Origin: Candidatus Cloacimonadota bacterium
GTDB lineage: Bacteria > Cloacimonadota > Cloacimonadia > Cloacimonadales > TCS61
Direction of reading: 5' to 3'
NCBI GenBank assembly: GCA_018645365.1
Contig: JABGOP010000006.1
Location: 1 to 60,731, forward strand
DNA: 60,731 nucleotides
Shown one piece after another: positions 20,820 through 30,303 of this stretch. The position numbers and the translations under genes were made by a program. The notes under the pieces were generated by a model. It saw only the letters and a list, made by a program, of their open reading frames with translations. It made no database searches and was not told the origin of the DNA. Numbering within the stretch: position 1 is the stretch's first letter; each line of letters opens with the position of its first letter.

Positions 20820-22526
20820 ATGCTGGAAATAATTAGTAAGATTTTTACATTATTGGGTGCACTTGGCGTGTTTCTATATGGAATGCGCGTGATGAGCGAT
20901 GGTTTGCAAAAAGTTGCTGGAAATAAATTGCATCAAATTTTGAATTTTATGACGCAAAACCGCGTGGCAGCCGTAGTAACCGGATTTTTAATTACGGCAC
21001 TTGTACAGTCTTCGTCTGCGACTACCGTGATGGTAGTAAGTTTTGTGAACGCATCTCTTTTGAGTTTAACTCAGGCAATTGGCGTAATTATGGGAGCAAA
21101 TATCGGTACGACCGTTACAACTTGGATTGTTTCTTTAATTGGCTTTAAATTTAGCATTACAAGCATTGCGTTGCCGATTGTGGGTGTGGGGCTTCCACTT
21201 ATCTTTTCTAAAGTGAAAAAACGCCGCGATTTAGGTGAAGTTCTCATCGGTTTTGGACTTCTTTTCCTCGGTTTAATGTTCTTAAAAGAATCAGTTCCTG
21301 ACATCAAGGAGCATCCCGAAATTTTGGAGTTTCTCAAAAATTATACAAATTTAGGATTTTTATCATTCGCTTTATTTGTTGGAGTTGGCGCAGTTTTAAC
21401 TGTGATTGTGCAATCTTCCAGTGCGGCAATGGCAATTACTGTAACGATGGCAGCATTCGGCTGGATAGATTTCCAAACAGCTGCCGCAATTGTTCTGGGA
21501 GAAAATATAGGTACGACGGTTACAGCATATTTAGCATCGCTTGGAACAAGTGTAAATGCACGGCGAACTGCGAGAGCACATTTTTTGTTTAATATTTTTG
21601 GCGTAATTTGGATGGCTTTTGTATTCAGATATTTTCTCGTGTTTATCGTCAACATATCACCATGGGACACAACTGGATTTTTGGCGCAAAATGTCGATAC
21701 AAGTGCAATTTCAAAAATTAATTTACCATTAAGTTTATCACTTTTCCACACAGTTTTTAATATTTTGAATACATTTGTTTTCATTTTCTTTATTCCACAA
21801 ATTGCTAAATTTGTTATCAGGCTTGTTCCACAAAAAAGTGACGAAGTTTCTCAGAAATACGAGTTAAAATACATCTCTACTGGAATTCAAGATACTGCCC
21901 AGATGAACCTTATGAATGCAAAACAAGAAATCAGTAAAATGTCGAACATTACCGAAAATATGTTTGAAATTGCTCTCACAGTTTTAAATAATCCAGATAA
22001 AAAGATGGATAATAAAGTTAAAAAAGTTAAGCAATTAGAAGAACTTACAGATCAAATGCAAGAAGAAATTTCAAAGTATTTAGCGGAATGTTCAAAAGAA
22101 GAATTGAGTGAAGAAAGCATTGAAAATGTGAATGTGATGATGCGTATCGTACACGAATTGGAAAGTGTAGCAGATGGTATTTATCGCTTTATTTTACTCT
22201 CTCAACACAAATATGAACATAAAATCTCGTTTCACGAAAAGGCAAATAATGAGATTAAAATATTCTCAAATTTACTGAAAGAATTTATCAAATTAAATAA
22301 AGAATATTTGGACGGTCAGATGCCGAATGATGAGCTTGATCACGCTTTTGAATTAGAACAAAAAGTCAATAATTTGCGAAATGATTTGAAAAAATCAGCA
22401 CGCAAGCGACTTCAAAAAGGGGCAGATGTTCACGCAGAATTATTGTACATAGATTTAATTCGTTATTTTGAGCACATTGGGGATAATTCATTGAACATTG
22501 CACAAGCTCTCAAAAATATTCATTAA
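20820..22526 (+). CDS. Na+/Pi cotransporter family protein with PhoU-like C-terminal domains
   Basis: Duplicated QSSSA and G(A/E)NIGTT motifs; helical C-terminus with E..D/EHIGD. Confidence 0.93.
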   Translation: MLEIISKIFTLLGALGVFLYGMRVMSDGLQKVAGNKLHQILNFMTQNRVAAVVTGFLITALVQSSSATTVMVVSFVNASLLSLTQAIGVIMGANIGTTVTTWIVSLIGFKFSITSIALPIVGVGLPLIFSKVKKRRDLGEVLIGFGLLFLGLMFLKESVPDIKEHPEILEFLKNYTNLGFLSFALFVGVGAVLTVIVQSSSAAMAITVTMAAFGWIDFQTAAAIVLGENIGTTVTAYLASLGTSVNARRTARAHFLFNIFGVIWMAFVFRYFLVFIVNISPWDTTGFLAQNVDTSAISKINLPLSLSLFHTVFNILNTFVFIFFIPQIAKFVIRLVPQKSDEVSQKYELKYISTGIQDTAQMNLMNAKQEISKMSNITENMFEIALTVLNNPDKKMDNKVKKVKQLEELTDQMQEEISKYLAECSKEELSEESIENVNVMMRIVHELESVADGIYRFILLSQHKYEHKISFHEKANNEIKIFSNLLKEFIKLNKEYLDGQMPNDELDHAFELEQKVNNLRNDLKKSARKRLQKGADVHAELLYIDLIRYFEHIGDNSLNIAQALKNIH

Positions 22527-23161
22527 ACGCCTTTTTCATCTCCCCAAATAATTTTGTGGAGTTGGATTTGTAGTCGAACGGGTAATTTATCTTTGATAAT
22601 CAGTTCGGCTAATTTTTTGAAATCTATTTTATTGGAAACGGGTGAAAAAATAATTTTGTGTTTTATTAAGTTATTTTTTTGGATAAATTCTTTTGCAAAA
22701 TGATAATCTGAAACATTGGAAATAACAAATTTTAATTCATCTTTTTTGAGATTAATAAAATCTAAATTTTTAATTAAGAAACTGTTGCTTTCTCCACTTT
22801 CGGGGCATTTGATATCTACAATTTTAGTAACATAATTTGGTACTTTTTCTAAATTTACCGAACCGTTTGTTTCTAATAAAATTTCATAATTTTGGTTAGT
22901 TAATTTCTCGAAAAGCGGGTAAACTTCGTCCTGTAAAAGCGGTTCACCACCCGTTATTTCCACCAATTTTGTGGGTTGATATTGTTCTATTTTTTCAATA
23001 ATTTTGGGAATAGTCAAGAGTAAATCACTTTTATAGCTGTATTTTGTATCGCAATATTTACACCTTAAGTTACAACCTGCGAATCGAATAAAAACGCACA
23101 ATTTTCCAGCAAAACTAGACTCCCCTTGAAGGCTGTAAAATATTTCCGAGATGTTTAACAT
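22523..23161 (-). CDS. queE: 7-carboxy-7-deazaguanine synthase (radical SAM)
   Basis: EIFYSLQGE, CNLRCKYCDT, TGGEP, ETNG, QLHK. Confidence 0.9.
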   Translation of the reverse strand: MLNISEIFYSLQGESSFAGKLCVFIRFAGCNLRCKYCDTKYSYKSDLLLTIPKIIEKIEQYQPTKLVEITGGEPLLQDEVYPLFEKLTNQNYEILLETNGSVNLEKVPNYVTKIVDIKCPESGESNSFLIKNLDFINLKKDELKFVISNVSDYHFAKEFIQKNNLIKHKIIFSPVSNKIDFKKLAELIIKDKLPVRLQIQLHKIIWGDEKGV

Positions 23162-23165
23162 TTTT

Positions 23166-24356
23166 CTAAATTGGTAAGAATGGAAAACTTTTTTTATAAC
23201 CTAATTTTGCCTTGATTGTTGCCAATATTTTTTCAGGATGACCGATGACAAATTTATTTCCGAACTGATAATAATTTTTTAAATCTAAGTCGAAATTATC
23301 CAAAAAACGGGTATTTCCATAGAGCGGAATGCCATTATAAATGAAAAGTTCAATGTCATTTATATCACAATGAAGTAAATTCTCAAATGGGTCTTCAACT
23401 TTTTTTGGAAGCAAGAGTAGGTTGGCAGTTTGATTGTTTAAAACACCCAAAGACTCATCTAACATCAATGCTTTTTGGGCGTTTATTGTAATCATTTCAA
23501 ATAATTTTTTTGCTGGAACTTGTGGTAAACAATGCTTTATATATTTAAATTCTTCAAATAAATTAAAACTTCCAGACATTGTCGAGTCAGTGCCTAAAAC
23601 CACATTAACATTGTGTTTAAGACAACTATTGACATCTAATGTTTTGCCGATTAAATAGAAATTAGATTCTGGGCACCAGCAAATGGATGTTCCATTTTTT
23701 GCACATTTCTTGATTTCATTTTCGGTAAGAGCGATGCAGTGAATTAGAAGTGTATTTGGCTGCAATAGCCCCATATTTTCAAGTTTGGCAAAGCTTTTTT
23801 TGGCTGTTTTATCTTTTCCTTCGGCGAGATGAACGACGAAAGGCATTTTCCCATTTGCGTTTTTACTTTCTGTTTTAGCGTCTTCACCACCCCACCAATT
23901 TCCCATCGAGATGGAATGACATTGTGTATAATTTTTCAGAACTTTAATTGAATTGTTTTGGTAGTAAGTACTTTTTTGTTTTGGAATATGATCTTGCACA
24001 ATGGCACAACCAGAGAAAATATTTTTGTAAATTCCAAGTTGAATTATCAAATCAGCATTTTCGTCCGTAAGGTCAAATTTTCCATCATTTATCCAAATTT
24101 TATTACGTTCTAAGAAGGAATCGCTAAATTTCATGTCTTCAACCCATTCTTCCACATTTTGGTAAATTTTCCCATCTCCAGCTTTTGGAAACCAATTGCC
24201 GATAAGGTGGTCGTGTGAGTTGATGAATGGCGGATATGCAATTAAATGGGAAGTGTCTAACTTCCCATTTTTAGCAAGATTACTATTAATTTTTAGGGTT
24301 TTATTTTTTGTGATATTTTCGGAATTATGAACGCAAATATCAACTGTGATTTCCAT
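23166..24356 (-). CDS. Amidohydrolase family protein, substrate unknown
   Basis: INSHDHL, HLAEG, LIHC, WCPESN, LGTDS metal-binding motifs. Confidence 0.85.
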   Translation of the reverse strand: MEITVDICVHNSENITKNKTLKINSNLAKNGKLDTSHLIAYPPFINSHDHLIGNWFPKAGDGKIYQNVEEWVEDMKFSDSFLERNKIWINDGKFDLTDENADLIIQLGIYKNIFSGCAIVQDHIPKQKSTYYQNNSIKVLKNYTQCHSISMGNWWGGEDAKTESKNANGKMPFVVHLAEGKDKTAKKSFAKLENMGLLQPNTLLIHCIALTENEIKKCAKNGTSICWCPESNFYLIGKTLDVNSCLKHNVNVVLGTDSTMSGSFNLFEEFKYIKHCLPQVPAKKLFEMITINAQKALMLDESLGVLNNQTANLLLLPKKVEDPFENLLHCDINDIELFIYNGIPLYGNTRFLDNFDLDLKNYYQFGNKFVIGHPEKILATIKAKLGYKKSFPFLPI

Positions 24357-24357
24357 T

Positions 24358-25533
24358 TTACAATTTCTTCAAAAGTTCAGGAATTACTTCAAAAATATCG
24401 CCAACAATGCCCAAATCTGCCACTTTGAAAATAGGCGCATCTGCATCTTTATTTATCGCAATGATGTAATCGGAAGATTGCATCCCAGCCAAATGTTGAA
24501 TTGCTCCTGAAATTCCAAGTGCAAAGTATATTTTTGGCTTAATTGTTTTGCCTGTTTGCCCAACTTGATGTGGATATGAAATCCACTCTGCATCTACCGC
24601 AGCTCGCGATGCGCCGATAGCAGCATCGAGTTTTTTAGCAAGTTGCTCAACGAGTGTGAAATTTTCTTTATTTTTTATTCCACGCCCAGCTGCAACAACA
24701 AAATCTGCTTCCGTTAAATTTACAGTTTGTGTTTCATCTTTAACGAATTGCAGAAATTTTGAGCCGTCTTTCATATCTGAAAAATCGATAATTTCGTTGA
24801 TAACTTCGCCTTTTCGAGATGCATCTTTTTCTAATTCTTCCATCACTTTATGGCGTACGGTCGCCATTTGTGGAAGGTGGTTTGGCGTGATGATTGTTGC
24901 CATAATATTTCCGCCAAATGCAGGTCGAGTTTGTAATAAAATCCCTTTCTCATTATCGATTTCTAAACCTGTACAATCAGCGGTTAAGCCAGTGTTTAAT
25001 GTGATTGCTACGCGTGGGATGAATGAACGCCCCATCACAGAAGCACCAGATAAAATGATTTCTGGTTTATGCTTTTTAGCTAAATCGCTCATTGCTTTTG
25101 CGTAAGGTAAATCTAAAAAATCAGCTAATTTTGGGTCATCAACAACAATAACTTTGTCAGCTCCAGCAGCAATTAACTCATCAGTTAAGTTGCCAACGTT
25201 ATGCCCCAAAAGGATAGCTGATAATTCGGTATTTTTTTTGTCGGCAAGTTCGCGTCCTTTTCCCAAAAGCTCAAAAACAACCGCTGCAATTTCATTGTTT
25301 TTTTGTTCTGCAAAAATCCAAACACCACTGTATTCACTTCTGTTAATTTTAGCTTTTTCTTTTTTTTTGATGACGATTGCTTCAAACGGGCAAGCACTGA
25401 CGCATGCTCCGCAGAGCGTGCATTTGTCGAGGTCTATTACCGCGAGATTATTCACCATTGTGATTGCACCAAACGCACAAGATTTGATGCATAATTCGCA
25501 ACCTTTACATTTTTCGTTGATTACTTTTATCAT
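24358..25533 (-). CDS. etfA: Electron transfer flavoprotein alpha subunit with N-terminal 2[4Fe-4S] ferredoxin domain
   Basis: CKGCELC..SC / CTLCGAC..AC; GLTADCT, RPAFGG, QVGQTG, GISGAIQH, AINKD. Confidence 0.93.
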   Translation of the reverse strand: MIKVINEKCKGCELCIKSCAFGAITMVNNLAVIDLDKCTLCGACVSACPFEAIVIKKKEKAKINRSEYSGVWIFAEQKNNEIAAVVFELLGKGRELADKKNTELSAILLGHNVGNLTDELIAAGADKVIVVDDPKLADFLDLPYAKAMSDLAKKHKPEIILSGASVMGRSFIPRVAITLNTGLTADCTGLEIDNEKGILLQTRPAFGGNIMATIITPNHLPQMATVRHKVMEELEKDASRKGEVINEIIDFSDMKDGSKFLQFVKDETQTVNLTEADFVVAAGRGIKNKENFTLVEQLAKKLDAAIGASRAAVDAEWISYPHQVGQTGKTIKPKIYFALGISGAIQHLAGMQSSDYIIAINKDADAPIFKVADLGIVGDIFEVIPELLKKL

Positions 25534-25683
25534 AAAAAACCCCATTTTTTCATTTAATTTGAGATGAACTATCTAAAAAAAATACATTAAATAAGTCAAG
25601 TCAATTTTACATTTGCTTCGTAAAATGTGGAAATCATTGACATAAAGAGTCTATATTCGTTTTAGGTTAAATTCGGAGGATTG

Positions 25684-27477
25684 ATGAATAAAGAACGGAT
25701 TAGGAATTTTTGTATCATTGCACATATTGATCACGGAAAATCGACGCTGGCAGACCGATTTTTGGAAGTGACAAATGTGATAGATAAAAATGCACGCGTT
25801 ACCCAGATTTTGGACGATATGGAACTCGAACAAGAACGTGGCATCACGATAAAATCTCACGCCATCAGAATGGAATATGTTCTAAACGGCGAAAAATATG
25901 TTTTGAATTTAATTGATACACCCGGTCATGTAGATTTTTCTTACGAAGTTTCACGCAGTTTGGCATCTTGCGATGGTGCATTATTGCTGATTGATGCGAG
26001 TCAAGGAATCGAAGCTCAAACGATGAGCAATATGTATTTGGCACTCGAAAATGATTTGGAAATTATCCCCGTTATTAATAAAATTGACCTTCCGAAAGCT
26101 GATATCGAAGGCACTCATCACGACATCATCGAGAACATTGGCATCGACACAATTTACAACATTAGTGCTAAAGAAGGAATAGGCATAGATGAGCTTTTGA
26201 AGGGAGTTATCGAACATATTCCTGCTCCAAAAGGTGATATAGATGCACCCACAAAAGCACTAATTTTTGATTCATATTTCGATGTTTATCGAGGTGTAAT
26301 TGTACTCGTTAGAATTTTTGAGGGAACTCTCAAAAAAGGAGATAATATAAAATTATTTTCCAACAATAAAGAGTTTGCAATTGAGGAAATTGGCTATCTT
26401 GGTTTGAAAAAAGAGCCGGCAAAACTATTGGAAGCGGGTGAGGTTGGCTACATTATTGCTAACATAAAAGAGGTTGCAGACGCGCGTGTTGGAGATACTA
26501 TTACGCATCAAAAAAATAGTTGCGATGTTGCTTTGAAGGGATTTCAAGAGCCAAAACCGATGGTTTTTAGTGGGGTTTTTCCGATTGATGGAGATGATTA
26601 TGGTGCGCTTCGAGACAGTTTGGCAAAACTAAAATTGAACGATGCGGCGCTCGATTATGAACCAGAAAATTCGCTTGCACTTGGCTTTGGTTTCCGTTGT
26701 GGATTTTTGGGAATGCTTCATCTGGAAATCATTAAAGAGCGACTTTTACGCGAATATAATGTGCCAATTATCGCGACCACACCGAGTGTGCGATTTATTG
26801 TGAATTTGAATAATGGCGACCATAAAATCGTCTATAATCCGATTGATTATCCAGACCCAGCTTTGATTGAAAATGTGGAAGAACCAATTATGGACGCTGA
26901 AATTATTGTTCCGACAGAGTATGTGGGAAATGTGATGAAACTTGTTCAAAACAGGCGTGGCATTCAAAAAGATATGCAATACATTGATGAAACGCGTGCT
27001 TCCATTCATTATGAAGTGCCACTGATTGAAATTATTTTTGATTTTTACGATAAACTGAAATCTGTCAGTCGTGGTTATGCGTCACTCGATTATTCATTCA
27101 AAGAATACCGTGCTTCCAAAGTGGCAAAGGTGGATATTTTAATTAATAGCGAAAAAGTAGATGCGATGTCGTTTATTTGTCACGAAGATAAGGCGTATTC
27201 GTGGGGGAAAAGTGTGGTGGATAAGTTGAAGGATGTGATTCCAAAACACCTGTTTAAGATCGCATTACAGGCGAGTATTGGCTCCAAAATTATTTCGCGA
27301 AGTACGATTGGTGCGATGCGAAAAAATGTAACCGCAAAATGTTACGGTGGCGATATTACCCGAAAAAAGAAATTGCTCGAAAAACAAAAAGAGGGTAAAA
27401 AACGAATGAAAGAGATTGGTTCTGTTGCCATTCCGCAAGAAGCATTTTTGGAAGTTCTCAAAGCAGATAGAAGTTGA
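25684..27477 (+). CDS. lepA: Elongation factor 4
   Basis: IRNFCIIAHIDHGKSTLADR, DTPGHVDF, GFRCGFLGMLH, KCYGGDITRK. Confidence 0.98.
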   Translation: MNKERIRNFCIIAHIDHGKSTLADRFLEVTNVIDKNARVTQILDDMELEQERGITIKSHAIRMEYVLNGEKYVLNLIDTPGHVDFSYEVSRSLASCDGALLLIDASQGIEAQTMSNMYLALENDLEIIPVINKIDLPKADIEGTHHDIIENIGIDTIYNISAKEGIGIDELLKGVIEHIPAPKGDIDAPTKALIFDSYFDVYRGVIVLVRIFEGTLKKGDNIKLFSNNKEFAIEEIGYLGLKKEPAKLLEAGEVGYIIANIKEVADARVGDTITHQKNSCDVALKGFQEPKPMVFSGVFPIDGDDYGALRDSLAKLKLNDAALDYEPENSLALGFGFRCGFLGMLHLEIIKERLLREYNVPIIATTPSVRFIVNLNNGDHKIVYNPIDYPDPALIENVEEPIMDAEIIVPTEYVGNVMKLVQNRRGIQKDMQYIDETRASIHYEVPLIEIIFDFYDKLKSVSRGYASLDYSFKEYRASKVAKVDILINSEKVDAMSFICHEDKAYSWGKSVVDKLKDVIPKHLFKIALQASIGSKIISRSTIGAMRKNVTAKCYGGDITRKKKLLEKQKEGKKRMKEIGSVAIPQEAFLEVLKADRS

Positions 27478-27516
27478 GAGGCAATTAGAAATTAATAATT
27501 GAAAATTAAAAAAGGG

Positions 27517-27544
27517 AAAACCGCTCCAATTGGAGCGGTTTTTT
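27517..27544. terminator. Bidirectional terminator (perfect 26-bp palindrome)
   Basis: AAAACCGCTCCAATTGGAGCGGTTTT between convergent lepA and the lipoprotein gene. Confidence 0.88.
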
Positions 27545-27554
27545 GACAAATTAG

Positions 27555-28526
27555 TTACTCATTATGTAACTGTAATTTCCAGATTCTTTGTGTATTTTGC
27601 TTTTTCTTTGTTGCTCTACCAGACAAAAAATAAATTGAGTTTCCAGAATAAAGTGGCCAACTATCCCAAGAGCTCAATTCTGTTATTTGTTGTTTTTCTG
27701 AACCGTCTGTCTTCATTGACCAAATATTCCAATTACTTCCTCGCAATGATAAATTTCCTGTTTTTGTTTCGTTAGAAACGAAAACGATATATTCACCATT
27801 ATCAGAAAAAGATGGAATACTCTCAATTACTTCTGAAGAATTTGTAAGTTGCTGTAATTCGGTACCATCTGCATTTATAAGCCAAATTTCACCAGCATGA
27901 TCAAAAATGATTTGTTTACCGTCTGGTGACCATAATGGATTTTTACCTTCCCTAATTTGAGTTAATTCTCCACCGTTGAGATTTGATGTCCAAATGAAGT
28001 ATTTAAGAAGATTTTGATATGTTTGGACTTGAGAAACACTACAAAAAACTAATTTATTTTGCGAAGATAATTGAGGTGTTATGTCATATCCTGTTCCACT
28101 ACCAGGAATCAATGTTTTTCCACCTGCACCATCTTGTCTTACCTTCCATAGCTTACCAGCTGATTCATAAACTAAATATTTCCCATCAGAAGTAAAAGAT
28201 GGGGAAATGCAGTAATTTGAACCACCTGATGTGATTTTTGTAGATGCTCCACCAGTAATTGGGATTTTCCAAAGTTGATAAAGTTTATCTCCGCCACCAG
28301 CTTGATAACCAGAGTACACAATATTTTTTTTATCGGGAGAAATACAAAACCTATACCCAACAAAAGATTCATTTGGGGAAACTCTTTTTAGTTGGCCTCT
28401 CGAAGAAGGTTCATCTAGTTCAGCAGTAAAACCAAAATTAGTTGAGTATGATGCATCTGCAACTGTATTATATACACAAGAGACAATCAATAATAGTGGA
28501 ATAATTATAATTATTAGTTTTTTCAT
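27555..28526 (-). CDS. TolB-like (PD40/beta-propeller) lipoprotein
   Basis: Lipobox IVSC; repeated SPD/WSPDGK/PSFS.DG motifs. Confidence 0.8.
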   Translation of the reverse strand: MKKLIIIIIPLLLIVSCVYNTVADASYSTNFGFTAELDEPSSRGQLKRVSPNESFVGYRFCISPDKKNIVYSGYQAGGGDKLYQLWKIPITGGASTKITSGGSNYCISPSFTSDGKYLVYESAGKLWKVRQDGAGGKTLIPGSGTGYDITPQLSSQNKLVFCSVSQVQTYQNLLKYFIWTSNLNGGELTQIREGKNPLWSPDGKQIIFDHAGEIWLINADGTELQQLTNSSEVIESIPSFSDNGEYIVFVSNETKTGNLSLRGSNWNIWSMKTDGSEKQQITELSSWDSWPLYSGNSIYFLSGRATKKKQNTQRIWKLQLHNE

Positions 28527-28537
28527 TATTTACGCTC

Positions 28538-29062
28538 CTAAAAATTATAAATATAGCCAACGGAAATATCCATGACGGGTAGTTCCATATATTCAGGTGC
28601 TGAAGAAGTGATAATAAACAATAAATCAAAATTCATACCGTGTTTTTTGGTTCTTCCCCACGCCCATTTTTGACCAATGCCAATATCAAGCCCAGAATAA
28701 AGTTTATATTCGGTATAGTAATCATAGTAGTCATAATATTCTTCAATAGCAGCTACATTTGTACCGTAAAGAACAGAAATTCTTGGTTGCCATGTTTGGT
28801 TTTGCCCACGAAGATAATACCTTGTTCCAAAAGAATACCCTAAACCATAATCGAGCATCGTTCCAAAACCAACTGTTACAGCAAGTTTGTTTGAAGTACG
28901 AATCTCTGTATTTATTCCAAACCCACCATAATCTACGCCTATTCCCATTCCCATGGACATCTTGCTTGTACCTATCCCATTGTTTGATTGATTTATTCCT
29001 ATTTGTGCGACTAACATTTGTGATAACGCAATCACAAATAAAACTAAGACATATTTTTTCAT
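28538..29062 (-). CDS. Putative small outer-membrane beta-barrel protein
   Basis: Signal peptide, Gly/aromatic alternating strands, C-terminal beta-signal VGYIYNF. Confidence 0.7.
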   Translation of the reverse strand: MKKYVLVLFVIALSQMLVAQIGINQSNNGIGTSKMSMGMGIGVDYGGFGINTEIRTSNKLAVTVGFGTMLDYGLGYSFGTRYYLRGQNQTWQPRISVLYGTNVAAIEEYYDYYDYYTEYKLYSGLDIGIGQKWAWGRTKKHGMNFDLLFIITSSAPEYMELPVMDISVGYIYNF

Positions 29063-29262
29063 TTTAAAACTCCTTGTGCCTTTAGCACTTTATTTTTTAC
29101 TTTCAATCACATTTAAAAATAGTGAATTATTTCAAACTCCTTTTTTGTAATTGTCTCATTTTTACTTGCGTAAGTTCCCTACACTTACACAAAATAATGC
29201 TTTGGCAAAGAGCAAATCATAACACCTCCATATTTTTTATTTTACACCCTTTTCCATAAAAT

Positions 29263-29404
29263 AAAAAAAGGACGCAACTTTCATTACATCCTGACTAAAA
29301 GGTATTGGCAACCCGCATAACAAGACATAGAAAGTAGCGTCCGTTTACGGACGCATTCTCTCTACTTGTTCTGTTATGCTAAAAAACGCCAATTTATTAG
29401 TCAG
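29263..29404 (-). ncRNA. Candidate structured cis-regulatory RNA (long hairpin plus alternative terminator-like helix)
   Basis: 114-nt imperfect hairpin 29291-29404; 29330-29342 is also complementary (12/13) to 29270-29282, which is followed by U7 on the minus strand. Confidence 0.55.
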
Positions 29405-29511
29405 AACACAGTAAAACTAATGCAAAAATTTAATTACTTTTTAAAGAACTTATTTTTTATAAATTTAAATTAACTTTTTAGAAAACACTCAATTATTGTC
29501 AAATGATTTTT

Positions 29512-30300
29512 CTATTTCCAAATTTCTTTCAGCTTTTCGATTGGTGCTAAAATTTCTTCCAAAATTTTATAATCGATAGTTTGTTTGCTATCGCAAACTG
29601 TTTTTTGTGGGTCAAAATGTGTTTCGATGAGCAGTCCGTTTGCTCCAGCGGCAACTGCCGCCCAGCTGAGTGATTTTATCATTTTTCGCCTGCCAGAGCT
29701 GTGGGATGGGTCAACGATAATAGGTAGATTACTTAACTCTTTTACCGCACAAATTGCAGAAATATCGAGTGTATTGCGGGTGTAATCTTCAAAAGTGCGA
29801 ATCCCTCGTTCACATAAAATCACATTTGGATTTCCAGCTTCCAAGATGTGTTCAGCGGCAAAAAGCCATTCTTCGATGGTGCTACTCATACCGCGTTTTA
29901 AAATAATCGGATTTTTTACTTTTCCAAGCTTAGCGAGCAATCGATAATTGTGCATATTGCGTGTGCCAACTTGCATAATATCAACGAATTTTGACATTAT
30001 TTCTACATCTTCGGAGGAGATAATTTCCGAAATTGAAATCATTTTTGTTTCGTCTGCAACTTTTTGTAAAATTTGCAATCCTCTTTCCCCTAAACCTTGA
30101 AAATTATAGGGTGAAGTTCGCATTTTATAAGCTCCAGCACGCAGGAAATTTATTCCCATTTTTTTGAGATGTTTCGCGATAGAAAGTAGGTCTTCGTAAT
30201 TTTCGATGGTGCAAGGTCCGGCAATCATCGTGAAAGTTTCGCGACTGATAATTTTGTCTTTAATTTTGATTATAATTGGTTTGTTTGATTGAAATTTCAT
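29512..30300 (-). CDS. aroF: 3-deoxy-7-phosphoheptulonate synthase, type I-beta, catalytic domain only
   Basis: IAGPC, AYKMRTSPYNFQGLG, LKRG, CERGIRTF, VDPSH. Confidence 0.9.
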   Translation of the reverse strand: MKFQSNKPIIIKIKDKIISRETFTMIAGPCTIENYEDLLSIAKHLKKMGINFLRAGAYKMRTSPYNFQGLGERGLQILQKVADETKMISISEIISSEDVEIMSKFVDIMQVGTRNMHNYRLLAKLGKVKNPIILKRGMSSTIEEWLFAAEHILEAGNPNVILCERGIRTFEDYTRNTLDISAICAVKELSNLPIIVDPSHSSGRRKMIKSLSWAAVAAGANGLLIETHFDPQKTVCDSKQTIDYKILEEILAPIEKLKEIWK

Positions 30301-30303
30301 AAT

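Noticed and set aside
28710-28745. YYDYYDYY micro-repeat in the beta-barrel gene
   Set aside because: It is a very short in-frame low-complexity loop, with no evidence of phase variation or a DGR variable region (no template repeat or reverse transcriptase).
29263-29404. c-di-GMP-I or other known riboswitch
   Set aside because: GGACGCAA resembles part of the c-di-GMP-I consensus, but the GGCAAA-P2/GNRA architecture is absent and it is on the wrong strand for the downstream genes.
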